DNA of 64,000 bases from IMG/VR virus record IMGVR_UViG_3300035181_002344; one strand, written 5' to 3'. Numbering within the stretch: position 1 is the stretch's first letter; every line of letters begins with the position of its first letter. Shown piece by piece: positions 16,762-26,739 of this stretch. The notes under the pieces are model-generated. The model saw only the letters and a list, made by a program, of their open reading frames with translations, was not told the origin of the DNA and searched no databases. The stretch comes from a virus. The position numbers were made by a program, and so were the translations under genes.

Positions 16762-19545
16762 TCAACCACAGCCTGTTGTTTCACCACAGCTTAAACATGT
16801 ATTGCATTTACCGGTCTTTACCATCAAGCCGCCACAGATATGGCAAACTTCACCAGTGTGGATGCTTTTTTGTTCTTCGTGTTTTTCTTGTATTTCAGGC
16901 TGAATTGATATTTGTTCTTCGCTTACTTTATCCTGGCTATCTGGGTTTTCTTGTTTATCGAGATAATTGAACATTAAGAATTTGCTTATGTAATCAATAA
17001 CACTCGTAGCAAAGCGGATATCGGCGTTTGTTGTAATTCCTGATGGTTCAAATTTAGTGTTTAAGAATTTCTGGGTCATAAATTCTAATGGTACACCATA
17101 TTGTAGTGCAATACTAAACATCGTTGCCCAGCTATCCATGAGTCCAGAAATTGTTGAGCCTTCTTTAGACATATTAACAAATATTTCGCCAGGTTTATTA
17201 TCGTCATAGAATCCAACTGTTAAGAATCCTTTGAATCCGCCGATACTAAATTTATGCGTAATTGACTTTCTAGTATTTGGCAGCTTCTTTCTTATTGGTT
17301 TTGGTCTTCCATTTGATAATCCGTCTTGGACTATTTCCACGGTTTGTTTTTCGCTTTTTGTATTTAATGGTTGACTGGATTTACAGCCGTCTCTATAAAT
17401 TGCTAAAGCTTTTAGATCTTTGTGATATGCCATTTTATAGGCTTCCATGACATCTTCTATGGTTGCCGAATTTGGCATATTAACAGTTTTGCTAATAGCA
17501 CCAGACAAGAATGGTTGAATGGCTGCCATCATATTAATATGGCCTTGCCATGGTATATTTTCACCAGTTCCAAATGATGTGGCAAATATACTTCTATGTT
17601 CTGGTGCTATTGCTGTATCGCTAACTAATTTATTTTTCTCAATATCTGTAAGTATCGATTGTATAGTTTTTTCTTCATATCCTAATGTTTCTAAGGCGTA
17701 TCTTATTGATGGGATTGTTAAGATTAATTCTCCGCCGCCGACTAATTTTTTATAGCTTACTAAACCTAATACTGGTTCAACTCCTGTTGTTTCACAATCC
17801 ATCATAAAACTAATTGTTCCCGTCGGTGCTAACACTGTTACTTGAGCATTTCGCATTGGTATAAAATTGCCCGAAGCATCACGCTCTGTAACTGTTTTAA
17901 TTTGTTCTATTGCTTTATCTGTAATATCAGATAAATATTTGTCATCGGGGTGCAAAATTGATATTCTATTTTGTAAAACTAGTGTAGCATCATAATGTTT
18001 ACGTAAAACATTAGCCATTGCTTCTGCATTTTTCTCCCATTCTTCAAATGCACCTAATTCTTTGCCTAACTCACCAGATGTTGCATATGAAGTATTATGT
18101 ATAAGTGCAGAAATTGCTGCTGCTAAATTTCTTGCTTTATGCGAATCATATGGTAATCCATAACTTAATAATAGAGCACCTAAATTTGTAAAACCTAAGC
18201 CGATAGTACGATATTTCTTAGTTTCGGTGGCTATTTTCTCTGTAGGATATGCTGCTTCGCTGATCCATATATCTTTGGCCACAGTTGCTATACGAGATGC
18301 ATGTATTAGGCCATCAATATCGAAACTATTAATCCAAGCGTTATCTACTTTTTTATGTGAGAAAAACTTCATTAAATTTAATGAGCCTAAATTACATGAT
18401 GTATCGTCTAAAAACATGTATTCGCTACATGGATTTGAAGCAGTGATTGTTCCGCTATTTGGGCATGTATGCCATTCGTTAATCGTATCGTGAAATTGAA
18501 TGCCTGGATCTCCTGTTAGCCATGCGCATTCTGCTGCTTCTTTAAATAGATTTTTGGCCTTTAGCCATTCAATAACTTTATATCCGCCTTCTTTTTTCAG
18601 GAGCCAAGAATCATCTTTGCTTCTATAAAATTGTCCTTGTGCATTTGCATAATTTGGATCAAATTCCACTGCCGTTGGATATCTTTCTAATAAAGCCCAA
18701 TCTTGATCTTTTTCTACAGCTTCCATAAAAGCATTTGTAGCTCTTATTGATTGATTGCTGTTCTGAAAATATACGCTGCCATAAGCACCTTTTGGATCGT
18801 CAAATCTATTATTCCAACCAGCTGCAATTAGTGCTTGAACTTTCTTCTCTTCTTCTGCTTTTTGCCAAATGAATTCTCTAATATCTCCATGATCCACATT
18901 AAGAATTTCCATTTTGGCTGCTCGTCTATTTTTGCCTCCAGACTTAGTTACATTAGCTACGGCATCATAAATTTTCATAAAACTATTAGGTCCAGAAGCT
19001 TTTCCGCCGCCAGATACACCTTCTCTTGAGCTTCTAAGTTTGCTTCTGTTGCTGCCAGCGCCTGAGCCGCCACGGAATACCTGCATTTCAACAGCTGCAT
19101 TTGCACCTATTGATTCAATTGTATCTTCTGCTGATATAATAAAGCAAGCGGATACTTGTTGTCTAGACCATGGGTTTCCTATGTTAAACCATACAGGAGA
19201 ATTAAATGAATACATTTGATATAAAAGCATATACGTTAATTCTTCTGCATAGATTGTCTTATCTTCATCGCTTGTAAAATAACCTTGCTTTTGTCCCCAT
19301 TGGACATTTGTATTTACTACGCGATTTATTAATTGTTTAAGAGAATATTCTCTTTCTTCTGTGTTTAATTTCCCGCAAAAATATTTACTTGCTATAATAT
19401 TTATTGCGTTTTGCGAATAGAAATCTGGGAATTCTACCTTTTCTTGTTTGAATTGAGATCCAGGAATTTCTGCATCTACTGTTATCCAATTCACTGTGTC
19501 AAATGGATGAACTCCTTCTTTAGTAAATCGACGATTAAACTGCAT
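16762..19545 (-). CDS. nrdJ: Class II (B12-dependent) ribonucleotide reductase with C-terminal TSCPD and Zn ribbon
   Basis: FNSPVWFN, QVSACFI, RRAAKM, SNPCSE, APTGTIS, ISKTVN, YRDGCK.SQP, terminal CxxC..CxxC. Confidence 0.95.
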   Translation of the reverse strand: MQFNRRFTKEGVHPFDTVNWITVDAEIPGSQFKQEKVEFPDFYSQNAINIIASKYFCGKLNTEEREYSLKQLINRVVNTNVQWGQKQGYFTSDEDKTIYAEELTYMLLYQMYSFNSPVWFNIGNPWSRQQVSACFIISAEDTIESIGANAAVEMQVFRGGSGAGSNRSKLRSSREGVSGGGKASGPNSFMKIYDAVANVTKSGGKNRRAAKMEILNVDHGDIREFIWQKAEEEKKVQALIAAGWNNRFDDPKGAYGSVYFQNSNQSIRATNAFMEAVEKDQDWALLERYPTAVEFDPNYANAQGQFYRSKDDSWLLKKEGGYKVIEWLKAKNLFKEAAECAWLTGDPGIQFHDTINEWHTCPNSGTITASNPCSEYMFLDDTSCNLGSLNLMKFFSHKKVDNAWINSFDIDGLIHASRIATVAKDIWISEAAYPTEKIATETKKYRTIGLGFTNLGALLLSYGLPYDSHKARNLAAAISALIHNTSYATSGELGKELGAFEEWEKNAEAMANVLRKHYDATLVLQNRISILHPDDKYLSDITDKAIEQIKTVTERDASGNFIPMRNAQVTVLAPTGTISFMMDCETTGVEPVLGLVSYKKLVGGGELILTIPSIRYALETLGYEEKTIQSILTDIEKNKLVSDTAIAPEHRSIFATSFGTGENIPWQGHINMMAAIQPFLSGAISKTVNMPNSATIEDVMEAYKMAYHKDLKALAIYRDGCKSSQPLNTKSEKQTVEIVQDGLSNGRPKPIRKKLPNTRKSITHKFSIGGFKGFLTVGFYDDNKPGEIFVNMSKEGSTISGLMDSWATMFSIALQYGVPLEFMTQKFLNTKFEPSGITTNADIRFATSVIDYISKFLMFNYLDKQENPDSQDKVSEEQISIQPEIQEKHEEQKSIHTGEVCHICGGLMVKTGKCNTCLSCGETTGCG

Positions 19546-19556
19546 TATTTCTCCTT

Positions 19557-20090
19557 TTAATCTTGAGTTGGTAATATCCGAGTGATATTTTTCATTTCAC
19601 TCATAGTTGCGTTCGCTAACACTTCAAGATTTGAAGCAATAGAGCGAAGTTTTTTTAGCTGTAACTCAAAGAATTCAACTGTTATTTTGCCAAGTTCAAC
19701 CTCTACATAGTCATTTACGTATTCACCTCTGGCTAGAGATTCTGCCTTGGTTCTGGTTTTTATCGTTCTATCACTACTTAATAACCTCGCAGATTTATCT
19801 TCGATTTGTTTAGTAACAAAAGCAGATAGAGTTTCTGAACTGAATTTTAATTCAGAATGTATATCAGCACACATTTCTATTTTTCTAGATATATCGCTGA
19901 TAAGATATTTAAGTGTGGCAAAATCTGGTTTTTCTGGAATTGGCACAGAAAAATATAGTGTCCACTCTCTAATGCTTTTGCCTTTGAATTTAATTTGCGT
20001 TGTAAAAAACTGCGAGTTTCTACCAAAATTCTCGAAATGAGCTATGTTGGTTTCGCTTATGGCTGTATTTAAATTTTTATTTTCTTCCAT
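19557..20090 (-). CDS. Helical hypothetical protein (likely start MEENK at 20090)
   Basis: ORF-track GTG start falls inside a hairpin; GAGG RBS precedes ATG 20090. Confidence 0.6.
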   Translation of the reverse strand: MEENKNLNTAISETNIAHFENFGRNSQFFTTQIKFKGKSIREWTLYFSVPIPEKPDFATLKYLISDISRKIEMCADIHSELKFSSETLSAFVTKQIEDKSARLLSSDRTIKTRTKAESLARGEYVNDYVEVELGKITVEFFELQLKKLRSIASNLEVLANATMSEMKNITRILPTQD

Positions 20091-20109
20091 TGTAAAATCC
20101 TCTGTTTTC

Positions 20110-20326
20110 CAACATGCCTCCACTTTGCGATGGAGGCTTATGGACTACCTCATCTCTGTTGTCTTTTAAACGAGAAGTCCTTTCTCGTTTTAGTCGCTTG
20201 AATGAATTTGCATTCAAGTGAGCATCAGCGTTAGTTCCCTATGCTCGTTCTTCCCTAGCGTCGTGAACTAATTATATAGCCAGCACGAGCAATTTCGTGA
20301 ACAGACCATATAATTAGCACGCGCTA
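20110..20326 (-). ncRNA. Candidate ~215-nt structured RNA
   Basis: 71-nt interrupted hairpin (20256-20326) with G-U pairs on minus strand, followed by four hairpins; possible GGACU/AGUCC pseudoknot. Confidence 0.65.
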
Positions 20327-20908
20327 TTTAATTTCATAGAAATGAGCTTTGTCGAATTCAAATAATTGTCTTGCATATATCAAGACTATGAATTCCTCGT
20401 ATGTTAAAGAGAAATCTTCGGTTGGATTTAATTCTTCTGGGCGAATTTCAAGTACTATATTTGCTGGTTTTAACCGAAGTTTAATAACTTGACGTTTTGT
20501 TTTCTTCTTAAATAAATTACCTAAAGCTTTTTCTAATGTCGGCGGAAAAAATTTCATGTCTATTTCTGAAGATATAAAATGCTTAGCTTTATATTCTTGC
20601 AATTTCTCAATTAATTCATTCTTCAGATTTGTTGACGACATATATACTTTAGGCGTTGGAATAACAAACTCTGGCTTATATTTATCTTGTATAAACTCTT
20701 TACCATAGATTTTTTCTACTTTGCTAACAATCGCTGCCTTGCTTTTAACTTGATCATGTACCCAAAAAATATCATGCTGACTAGCACTATCTTTATCTGG
20801 TAAATTACTAACATCATATAATCCAAATGGAATTCCGATATTTTCAAATGTTTGTCTTACGGTATCCATGTCAATATCGGATAAATTACTTGTAAATACT
20901 AGTATCAT
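20324..20908 (-). CDS. Hypothetical protein
   Basis: 194-aa ORF, start overlaps upstream stop. Confidence 0.65.
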   Translation of the reverse strand: MILVFTSNLSDIDMDTVRQTFENIGIPFGLYDVSNLPDKDSASQHDIFWVHDQVKSKAAIVSKVEKIYGKEFIQDKYKPEFVIPTPKVYMSSTNLKNELIEKLQEYKAKHFISSEIDMKFFPPTLEKALGNLFKKKTKRQVIKLRLKPANIVLEIRPEELNPTEDFSLTYEEFIVLIYARQLFEFDKAHFYEIK

Positions 20909-21753
20909 TATTCCACCGTATTAAATATTTCGACCATAGTAACGCTTAACATCTTACCTAAAATAGCTCTATAAACAGCCTCTGGATTATTGTATTTGTC
21001 CACAGTTGGTATTCTAAAATCATATACAGGCCTGTTTACAATAACCGGAGCTGGAGTTTTTCTTGTTCTTTTACTTGTTTTCTTTTGAATAGTTTGTATT
21101 TCGACGGATTCTGCTGTTTCTTTCTCTAAAGTTGTTTCTTCGCTTAAATTCTCAATTTCGGTTTTCAATGATACTCCAAATAATGTCGTTAATCCATCCC
21201 AAGTTCTAAATTTTAGATTTTCTAGTTTTAGCACCTCTGCACTAATTGATTTTGGCAGGTTTGAATAATACTCCCATATCCCATTTGCAAACATTTCTTC
21301 TGTGCCATTTGGATCCTTAAAGGTTGGAATAAGGCCTAAGTCGATATCAAGGCCAAGAGTACCGCCGATTACATTAATATGATTTGTTAAGAATTGGTCG
21401 GTATTTTCAAATGTAATAGCTTGTATATATTCAGGATCGATTTTTCCTATTACACGGTAATACTCAATATCGCCTATTTCAGTTGGTTCGATTGATAACT
21501 TTAGCTGCGGGAAATTAATATTATTCCATACATTTTGATTAGCATTATCATTGTAGTTTACAAGGTTTAATTTCTTTCCTTCAATCATAATGCGAACAAT
21601 AGATTCATAAATCTTTTGTCGGTTATTTTTTGTTGCACCTGAAAGATAGAAGCCAAAACGCTTTGTATCATCATGGTATTTTATGCTATATCTTCCTGGA
21701 GTAATTTCTCCTGCTCTATCTGCGACTCTGCATTTATACATTGTTGGCTCCAA
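20908..21753 (-). CDS. Hypothetical protein
   Basis: 281-aa ORF in RT operon tail. Confidence 0.65.
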   Translation of the reverse strand: MEPTMYKCRVADRAGEITPGRYSIKYHDDTKRFGFYLSGATKNNRQKIYESIVRIMIEGKKLNLVNYNDNANQNVWNNINFPQLKLSIEPTEIGDIEYYRVIGKIDPEYIQAITFENTDQFLTNHINVIGGTLGLDIDLGLIPTFKDPNGTEEMFANGIWEYYSNLPKSISAEVLKLENLKFRTWDGLTTLFGVSLKTEIENLSEETTLEKETAESVEIQTIQKKTSKRTRKTPAPVIVNRPVYDFRIPTVDKYNNPEAVYRAILGKMLSVTMVEIFNTVE

Positions 21754-22112
21754 AAATTAATTAATATTTGTGCTTGTATTTGCGCAACTCTTATTATACT
21801 TGCATCTATATCTAAAACAAAGTTTGTGGCAATGACAATTATATCGTCTTCTTTTGCTCTAGCAATATCATTTTTAACGATATTAAGCAAAGACTCTTTG
21901 TCTGAAGATATTTTTAATTCTTCGCCTACACGATATAGATAATACTTGTTTCCGTCTTCTGTTTCTTCTTCGAAGAATATATAATAAGTTGCTTTTCGAT
22001 CGCCTATTAGCGTATTTACTATAGAATTAAAAAGCCGAGGATTTTCTCGGCCTTTGAATTCCATTAATTGCTCAAAATACGCCCACATAGGCATATTAAT
22101 AAGAGCATTCAT
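21681..22112 (-). CDS. Hypothetical protein
   Basis: 143-aa ORF starting 1 nt after the upstream stop. Confidence 0.6.
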   Translation of the reverse strand: MNALINMPMWAYFEQLMEFKGRENPRLFNSIVNTLIGDRKATYYIFFEEETEDGNKYYLYRVGEELKISSDKESLLNIVKNDIARAKEDDIIVIATNFVLDIDASIIRVAQIQAQILINFWSQQCINAESQIEQEKLLQEDIA

Positions 22113-22113
22113 T

Positions 22114-22587
22114 TTAATCTCCTTCTACAATAGCATTTTCTACGCCAAGGATAATATTTTGGTTATCTTCAATAAAACGCTTTAACATCAAAAATTCTCC
22201 CATTGTTAATGGCACTGATACTTTAAGATCACCAGAGAAGAATGTTATAAAAAATGTTCCCGGATTTTGTCCTGATGCTATCATTAATTTTTTGTAAATA
22301 GCTTGTTCGTCTGCTTTGCCTGCATTTGGATTATGCACTAAGTCTAATTTCATTTCTTGTCCGCGTTGATAATTATATATAGCATTATAGAATAGCGGAT
22401 AGTCATTTGAACTAAAAGCAAATGTTATTTTTTTGCTCCAATCATAGACTTTGTCTTTTCCTGGTATTGCGTTTGCGACATTAAATAATAAAGCACCTTG
22501 TTTTTGTAGAAAGCCATTATTTGCTTTGGCTCTTATAATATCGCATTGTAAGGCTGCACTTTTTTTGTAGATTTGAAAATGATTCAT
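22114..22587 (-). CDS. Whirly-like ssDNA-binding protein
   Basis: FQIYKKSAAL (KGKAAL-like), YDWSKK, HNP, K.L, VPLTMGEF and terminal ILG occur in the order and spacing of plant Whirly motifs. Confidence 0.65.
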   Translation of the reverse strand: MNHFQIYKKSAALQCDIIRAKANNGFLQKQGALLFNVANAIPGKDKVYDWSKKITFAFSSNDYPLFYNAIYNYQRGQEMKLDLVHNPNAGKADEQAIYKKLMIASGQNPGTFFITFFSGDLKVSVPLTMGEFLMLKRFIEDNQNIILGVENAIVEGD

Positions 22588-22588
22588 C

Positions 22589-22849
22589 TTATTCTTCCTT
22601 ATTTGTATTATCTTGTTTATAGCTATCGGGTCCCATTAATTTATATAAGTTTTCATGTGGGACTGGTTCTCTTTTGCCTGTGAATTTTCCTCGTTTTTCT
22701 GGATCTAAATGATCACGAGAATAGAAGATAGCGCCACAATTTAGACAAGCTTCATCTGCGTCAAAAGCTTTCCATATTTTGTTAACTTTGTCGCTACCAC
22801 AAAACGGGCATTTGTTATCGAGAATATTTGGTGTTGTGTCAGTTGTCAT
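22589..22849 (-). CDS. Small Zn-ribbon protein
   Basis: CPFCGS...CLNCG; start overlaps RT stop. Confidence 0.7.
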   Translation of the reverse strand: MTTDTTPNILDNKCPFCGSDKVNKIWKAFDADEACLNCGAIFYSRDHLDPEKRGKFTGKREPVPHENLYKLMGPDSYKQDNTNKEE

Positions 22850-23687
22850 TTAAGATTCTCCGTGCAAGTTTTTGTAAATAAAAATAGTTTTTCTTGTTAT
22901 CTGCTAGATTAAGTTGTTCGATTTTTCCACGTATATGCGGATTGATCTGACGAATATTAATTAGCTCTTTGATAATGTTCTGAATATATTGACGCTCAAT
23001 ATTTCGTTTAACATTAACCACGATGCCTAAAACTAATTGTCTTTGATAATAAGGCATCACTTTACTTTTTCGTAAGTTTAGTTCGAAACCATATCGCTTA
23101 CAAATATCGTTAATAATCGATATAGTTTCTTTTGGAACAGAGTTACCAGAGATATATAGATTATCTCCATAATTTGAATAACTCCATTGGTTTCGATCGC
23201 ATATTTCCTGTATACTAACATCAATCGGTTGTCGTATAGCATTAGCGATATGTGGAGATGTTATGAAACCTTGTGGAAGTTTTCCATTGTACGTTAATAA
23301 TTCAATAAAATCTTGTAAATCAATGTTAAGCAAATTAAGTAACTCGGGGATTTTCTGATTATAAACAAATAGCCCGATTAGATGATCTTTCGTAATGTTA
23401 TCATAGAAATTCTTAATATCGGCTTCTAAAACGTATCGTTTGCCAACATGAATATTAGCACAGTCTCCCCTTGATCTTCCTTTTATCCAAGCATAGCTTG
23501 CATGATGAATATTAAAAACATTGTTATCAATGAAATAGTCAAGAATATATTTCTGTGCCTTTTTATATTCTGAATTTGGAGCAATAATATGACGACGTTT
23601 TATTTTGCCTTTCTTTTTTCTATGCTGCACATACGTTGATACATAATTTGCTTTATTGGCAAGTATATTCTTTATAAGCTGACGCAT
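22839..23687 (-). CDS. Retron-like reverse transcriptase with YGDN catalytic motif
   Basis: R.I.AP...K..Q, CANIH (region X-like), DIKNFY, LPQG..TSP..AN, YSNYGDNLYISG, GF.LN..K, VLGIVVN (VTG-like region Y). Confidence 0.88.
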   Translation of the reverse strand: MRQLIKNILANKANYVSTYVQHRKKKGKIKRRHIIAPNSEYKKAQKYILDYFIDNNVFNIHHASYAWIKGRSRGDCANIHVGKRYVLEADIKNFYDNITKDHLIGLFVYNQKIPELLNLLNIDLQDFIELLTYNGKLPQGFITSPHIANAIRQPIDVSIQEICDRNQWSYSNYGDNLYISGNSVPKETISIINDICKRYGFELNLRKSKVMPYYQRQLVLGIVVNVKRNIERQYIQNIIKELINIRQINPHIRGKIEQLNLADNKKNYFYLQKLARRILNDN

Positions 23688-23692
23688 GTTAT

Positions 23693-24499
23693 TTACGATG
23701 CTTTTTGTAATAAAGTTGCTAAATCAAACTCTTTTTCCACGAATGGGTTAGTATTCCATTCAATAAATCTCACTTTGCCGGTTCTATTAAATAATACCAT
23801 GTCATATTTAAGGTCGTTGTCAACATACATAGAATAGACCATATTAGTTATCAGTGTTCCGGCGAGTAAATTTACAGCAAGAGATTGTGGATTGAGTAAT
23901 GCATTGACGGCACAATTTTGTCTTTGTTCTCTTTCGACTGCTTCTTCTTTCTCTGCTTCTTCATTATTAAATTCATGCGGATAAACATCAACAACTGTTC
24001 TTGACTTAGTAATTAACGAGTCATAATAAACTATTTGTCCAAATGTATCGGTATTTCCGCAGCTTAACCATGCTATTGATTGAGAATTAGTAAACCGATT
24101 TCTTGATCTAACAAATTCATTAATTATTAAGCGTGTACGGATATTATCTACAGTATCTATAATCAAATATGTGTCTGGATTGCTATAATATCCTGATCTA
24201 TATGGATCGCAGATAGAATAGATATTATCTTTATCTAAAAAGCTATTTATATATGATACCTTTACTCCAAAAGCAAAGCCATAGCGTTTAGCTAATACTT
24301 CTGCTTTATATTCTCCAATATCATCGACAACAAAATTTTGCCGATTACAATTTTTCTCTTCTACTTTATCTGCGTCCATAATTATAATATCCGGAGCATT
24401 AGGAAGATGACTAGCCATTCTAATGATATTTGGTATAGCATATCCTCCTGTTCCGCCAGCACCAACAAATAATATTGTGCTTCTTTTTGAGACGACCAT
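23693..24499 (-). CDS. E1-like ThiF family adenylyltransferase (PRTRC-type)
   Basis: GAGGTG, DADKVEEKN.NRQNF, KAEVLA.RY, IDTVDN..R, GN; candidate catalytic Cys in QNCA.....QSL..N. Confidence 0.92.
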   Translation of the reverse strand: MVVSKRSTILFVGAGGTGGYAIPNIIRMASHLPNAPDIIIMDADKVEEKNCNRQNFVVDDIGEYKAEVLAKRYGFAFGVKVSYINSFLDKDNIYSICDPYRSGYYSNPDTYLIIDTVDNIRTRLIINEFVRSRNRFTNSQSIAWLSCGNTDTFGQIVYYDSLITKSRTVVDVYPHEFNNEEAEKEEAVEREQRQNCAVNALLNPQSLAVNLLAGTLITNMVYSMYVDNDLKYDMVLFNRTGKVRFIEWNTNPFVEKEFDLATLLQKAS

Positions 24500-24501
24500 A
24501 T

Positions 24502-25467
24502 TTATCTTCTCCTGTTTTTGTAATAATCCTCGTATCCGAAGCCATATTGCATTGGATCTAAATAAGTGTGTATGCTTTCACTTGCAGGTGGATCTCCATA
24601 GATTGGTCTTGTGGATATTATTTCGTCGTCAAATAAATCGCCTTGAATAACTCTATCTTTAGTTTTGTAATCATTATTATTTGCTAGCCATTCGTTTACT
24701 CTATTTTCATAGAGACGATTAGACAACTTGTTTTCATAATCACCAAACATAGTAATATCAAATTCGTGTTTCCACAAAGGCTCAAAAACATCTTCTAAAT
24801 TAAGATCAACTTTTTTATTTCCGAGTGCAAATCTTATTTGATATGTCGGATATATTTTAAATATATCGCCAATTACTAAGTGAATACTTTCTAAATTTCG
24901 ATGATCGGCATCATCAACTGCTGAAAATCTACCAGTCATTGTATGATGAGAATGTGCTTGTACTACTAAAATATTATCTTTATCCGACGGAAAATTATCA
25001 TGTTCTATATCCCATTCTACAAGAGCGCCTGAGATAATTTGTTTTGGAATCCAGAAAAAGAATTCTTGTCTTATTTTATTCCAATAAATTCGCACATAAA
25101 CTTCTGTCTTATATTTTTGATATACCACACGGAACCATTCCAATATATCTAAAAACATTTTAGCTGGAACTTTTGGCACCTTTAATTGTATGCCTTCTTT
25201 TTGGTATTCGCCATTTACTATTCCCTTAAAATCATAACTAACTTCTTTAATAACAAAACGAGCTAAATCAGTTTCTTTAACAGTATATATACCGTCGTTT
25301 TGAATAAGCGTAGTTGAATTTACTCCCGGTTGAAAAGTATATGTTCCAATTTGTAGTACATGGCTATTATTTATTTGATTCCGTAGTTCATTTATTGCTT
25401 GAAGTTCACTATCTGTGAAACCATTGTTTTGATTTTTCTTAGCCATATTTTGTTCTCCTTTTACCAT
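24502..25467 (-). CDS. JAB/MPN metalloprotease (deubiquitinase-like; PRTRC protein A type)
   Basis: PKVP...F, TEV....W, P.Q, HSHHTM..FSAVDD.D JAMM motif. Confidence 0.88.
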   Translation of the reverse strand: MVKGEQNMAKKNQNNGFTDSELQAINELRNQINNSHVLQIGTYTFQPGVNSTTLIQNDGIYTVKETDLARFVIKEVSYDFKGIVNGEYQKEGIQLKVPKVPAKMFLDILEWFRVVYQKYKTEVYVRIYWNKIRQEFFFWIPKQIISGALVEWDIEHDNFPSDKDNILVVQAHSHHTMTGRFSAVDDADHRNLESIHLVIGDIFKIYPTYQIRFALGNKKVDLNLEDVFEPLWKHEFDITMFGDYENKLSNRLYENRVNEWLANNNDYKTKDRVIQGDLFDDEIISTRPIYGDPPASESIHTYLDPMQYGFGYEDYYKNRRR

Positions 25468-26120
25468 AATTTTATTGCTTCTTTAATTGTTTTTCCTGAC
25501 ATTTGTCCACTTCTTAATATGTGAGAGGCCTCAACCCATTCTTGCTCTGATTGAAATGTAATGTTATTGACACGGCGGATATCATCCATATTAACCAAAT
25601 CCGTATTTCTTTCGGCATTAAACCACATATTAATAATTGTATTTAGTTCATGTAAACCATGAATACTTCTTAATTCTCTAGTTAAAACATCTCCCCAGCA
25701 CAAACGTGCATCACCATAAACATTATTTAAGCGAACTTGGTATATTCTGGTATTTTCTCGTGGCGGATTAAAACTACTAAATATCGACGTATTAATAACT
25801 TTATACATATTATTCTCTACCCGCAAATCAAATAAGAAATACAGATACGGATAGTGTAAATGATATTGTATATTAGAATATGTAAAATCAAGATATTGCG
25901 TATTTCTACACACTAATACCTTCATGTTTACATCTTTAACTTCATACCATACTATCCATAGAGGCATAATCATACTTGATTCTTCTTTAATACTAAATAA
26001 TTGCCTAAGCTCATCTATGGAAACTATTTTAGGTTCGTAAATATTGGCGCTTCCTTGTTTATTGATATTGTCTATAATCGCTATACGATCATATACTGTT
26101 ATATTAGCTATTTTGTTCAT
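25461..26120 (-). CDS. Prokaryotic E2 (family D; PRTRC protein B type)
   Basis: P.L.F.F, NVYGDARLCWG catalytic Cys motif, WFN...N.DL. Confidence 0.75.
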   Translation of the reverse strand: MNKIANITVYDRIAIIDNINKQGSANIYEPKIVSIDELRQLFSIKEESSMIMPLWIVWYEVKDVNMKVLVCRNTQYLDFTYSNIQYHLHYPYLYFLFDLRVENNMYKVINTSIFSSFNPPRENTRIYQVRLNNVYGDARLCWGDVLTRELRSIHGLHELNTIINMWFNAERNTDLVNMDDIRRVNNITFQSEQEWVEASHILRSGQMSGKTIKEAIKLW

Positions 26121-26739
26121 CTGATAACTCCCTGATTAAAATCTTATGTATAAAATCCAGCGCTATGAAATATGATAATAAAGAAAAAGCAACCCTATGA
26201 TTCCATATTGGAGATGAAGTAATAATAAGCGGATATCGAGTCTGCTCTTCTAATCCTGCATTTACAATTTGTATTAAGTAATTTGGTGCAGTATTATCAT
26301 CGCCGATATATTTCATAAAATCATTACGCAGAACATTCCATGCTTCTGCATATTTTGCTTTACCTTCACTTGTATCAACGATATTGTAAAATGTTGATGC
26401 TATAAAATTAGTAATAAAACGTGATAGCACTAATTGTAGCTCATAGCCCCTAGCTCGTGTTGTTGTTGCAGATGTTGAAAATGAACATCCGCCAATATTT
26501 AAGACTGTTTGATGATGAGCTGCTGAATATTGTTCAATAAGAGGATTCATATTTTCTCTATAATATTTTTCAACAGCTTTAATAATTGTAAACATTATTC
26601 TTCTGTTGTAACTTGCGGTTAATTGCCATTGGTTGCGTGTAGTAATAAATCTTTTATCTAATGCGTATTTAACCAGCAGCAATAGCCGTAAGTTTGTTGA
26701 TACGTTTTGCATGTTAGCAATTACTTTGTCGTCATACAT
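26104..26739 (-). CDS. Hypothetical protein within Ubl cassette
   Basis: 211-aa helical ORF overlapping both neighbours. Confidence 0.65.
   Translation of the reverse strand: MYDDKVIANMQNVSTNLRLLLLVKYALDKRFITTRNQWQLTASYNRRIMFTIIKAVEKYYRENMNPLIEQYSAAHHQTVLNIGGCSFSTSATTTRARGYELQLVLSRFITNFIASTFYNIVDTSEGKAKYAEAWNVLRNDFMKYIGDDNTAPNYLIQIVNAGLEEQTRYPLIITSSPIWNHRVAFSLLSYFIALDFIHKILIRELSDEQNS

Noticed and set aside
20110-20326. Cobalamin riboswitch upstream of the nrdJ unit
   Set aside because: GGGAA runs are present but no B12-box or matching core architecture was recognised.
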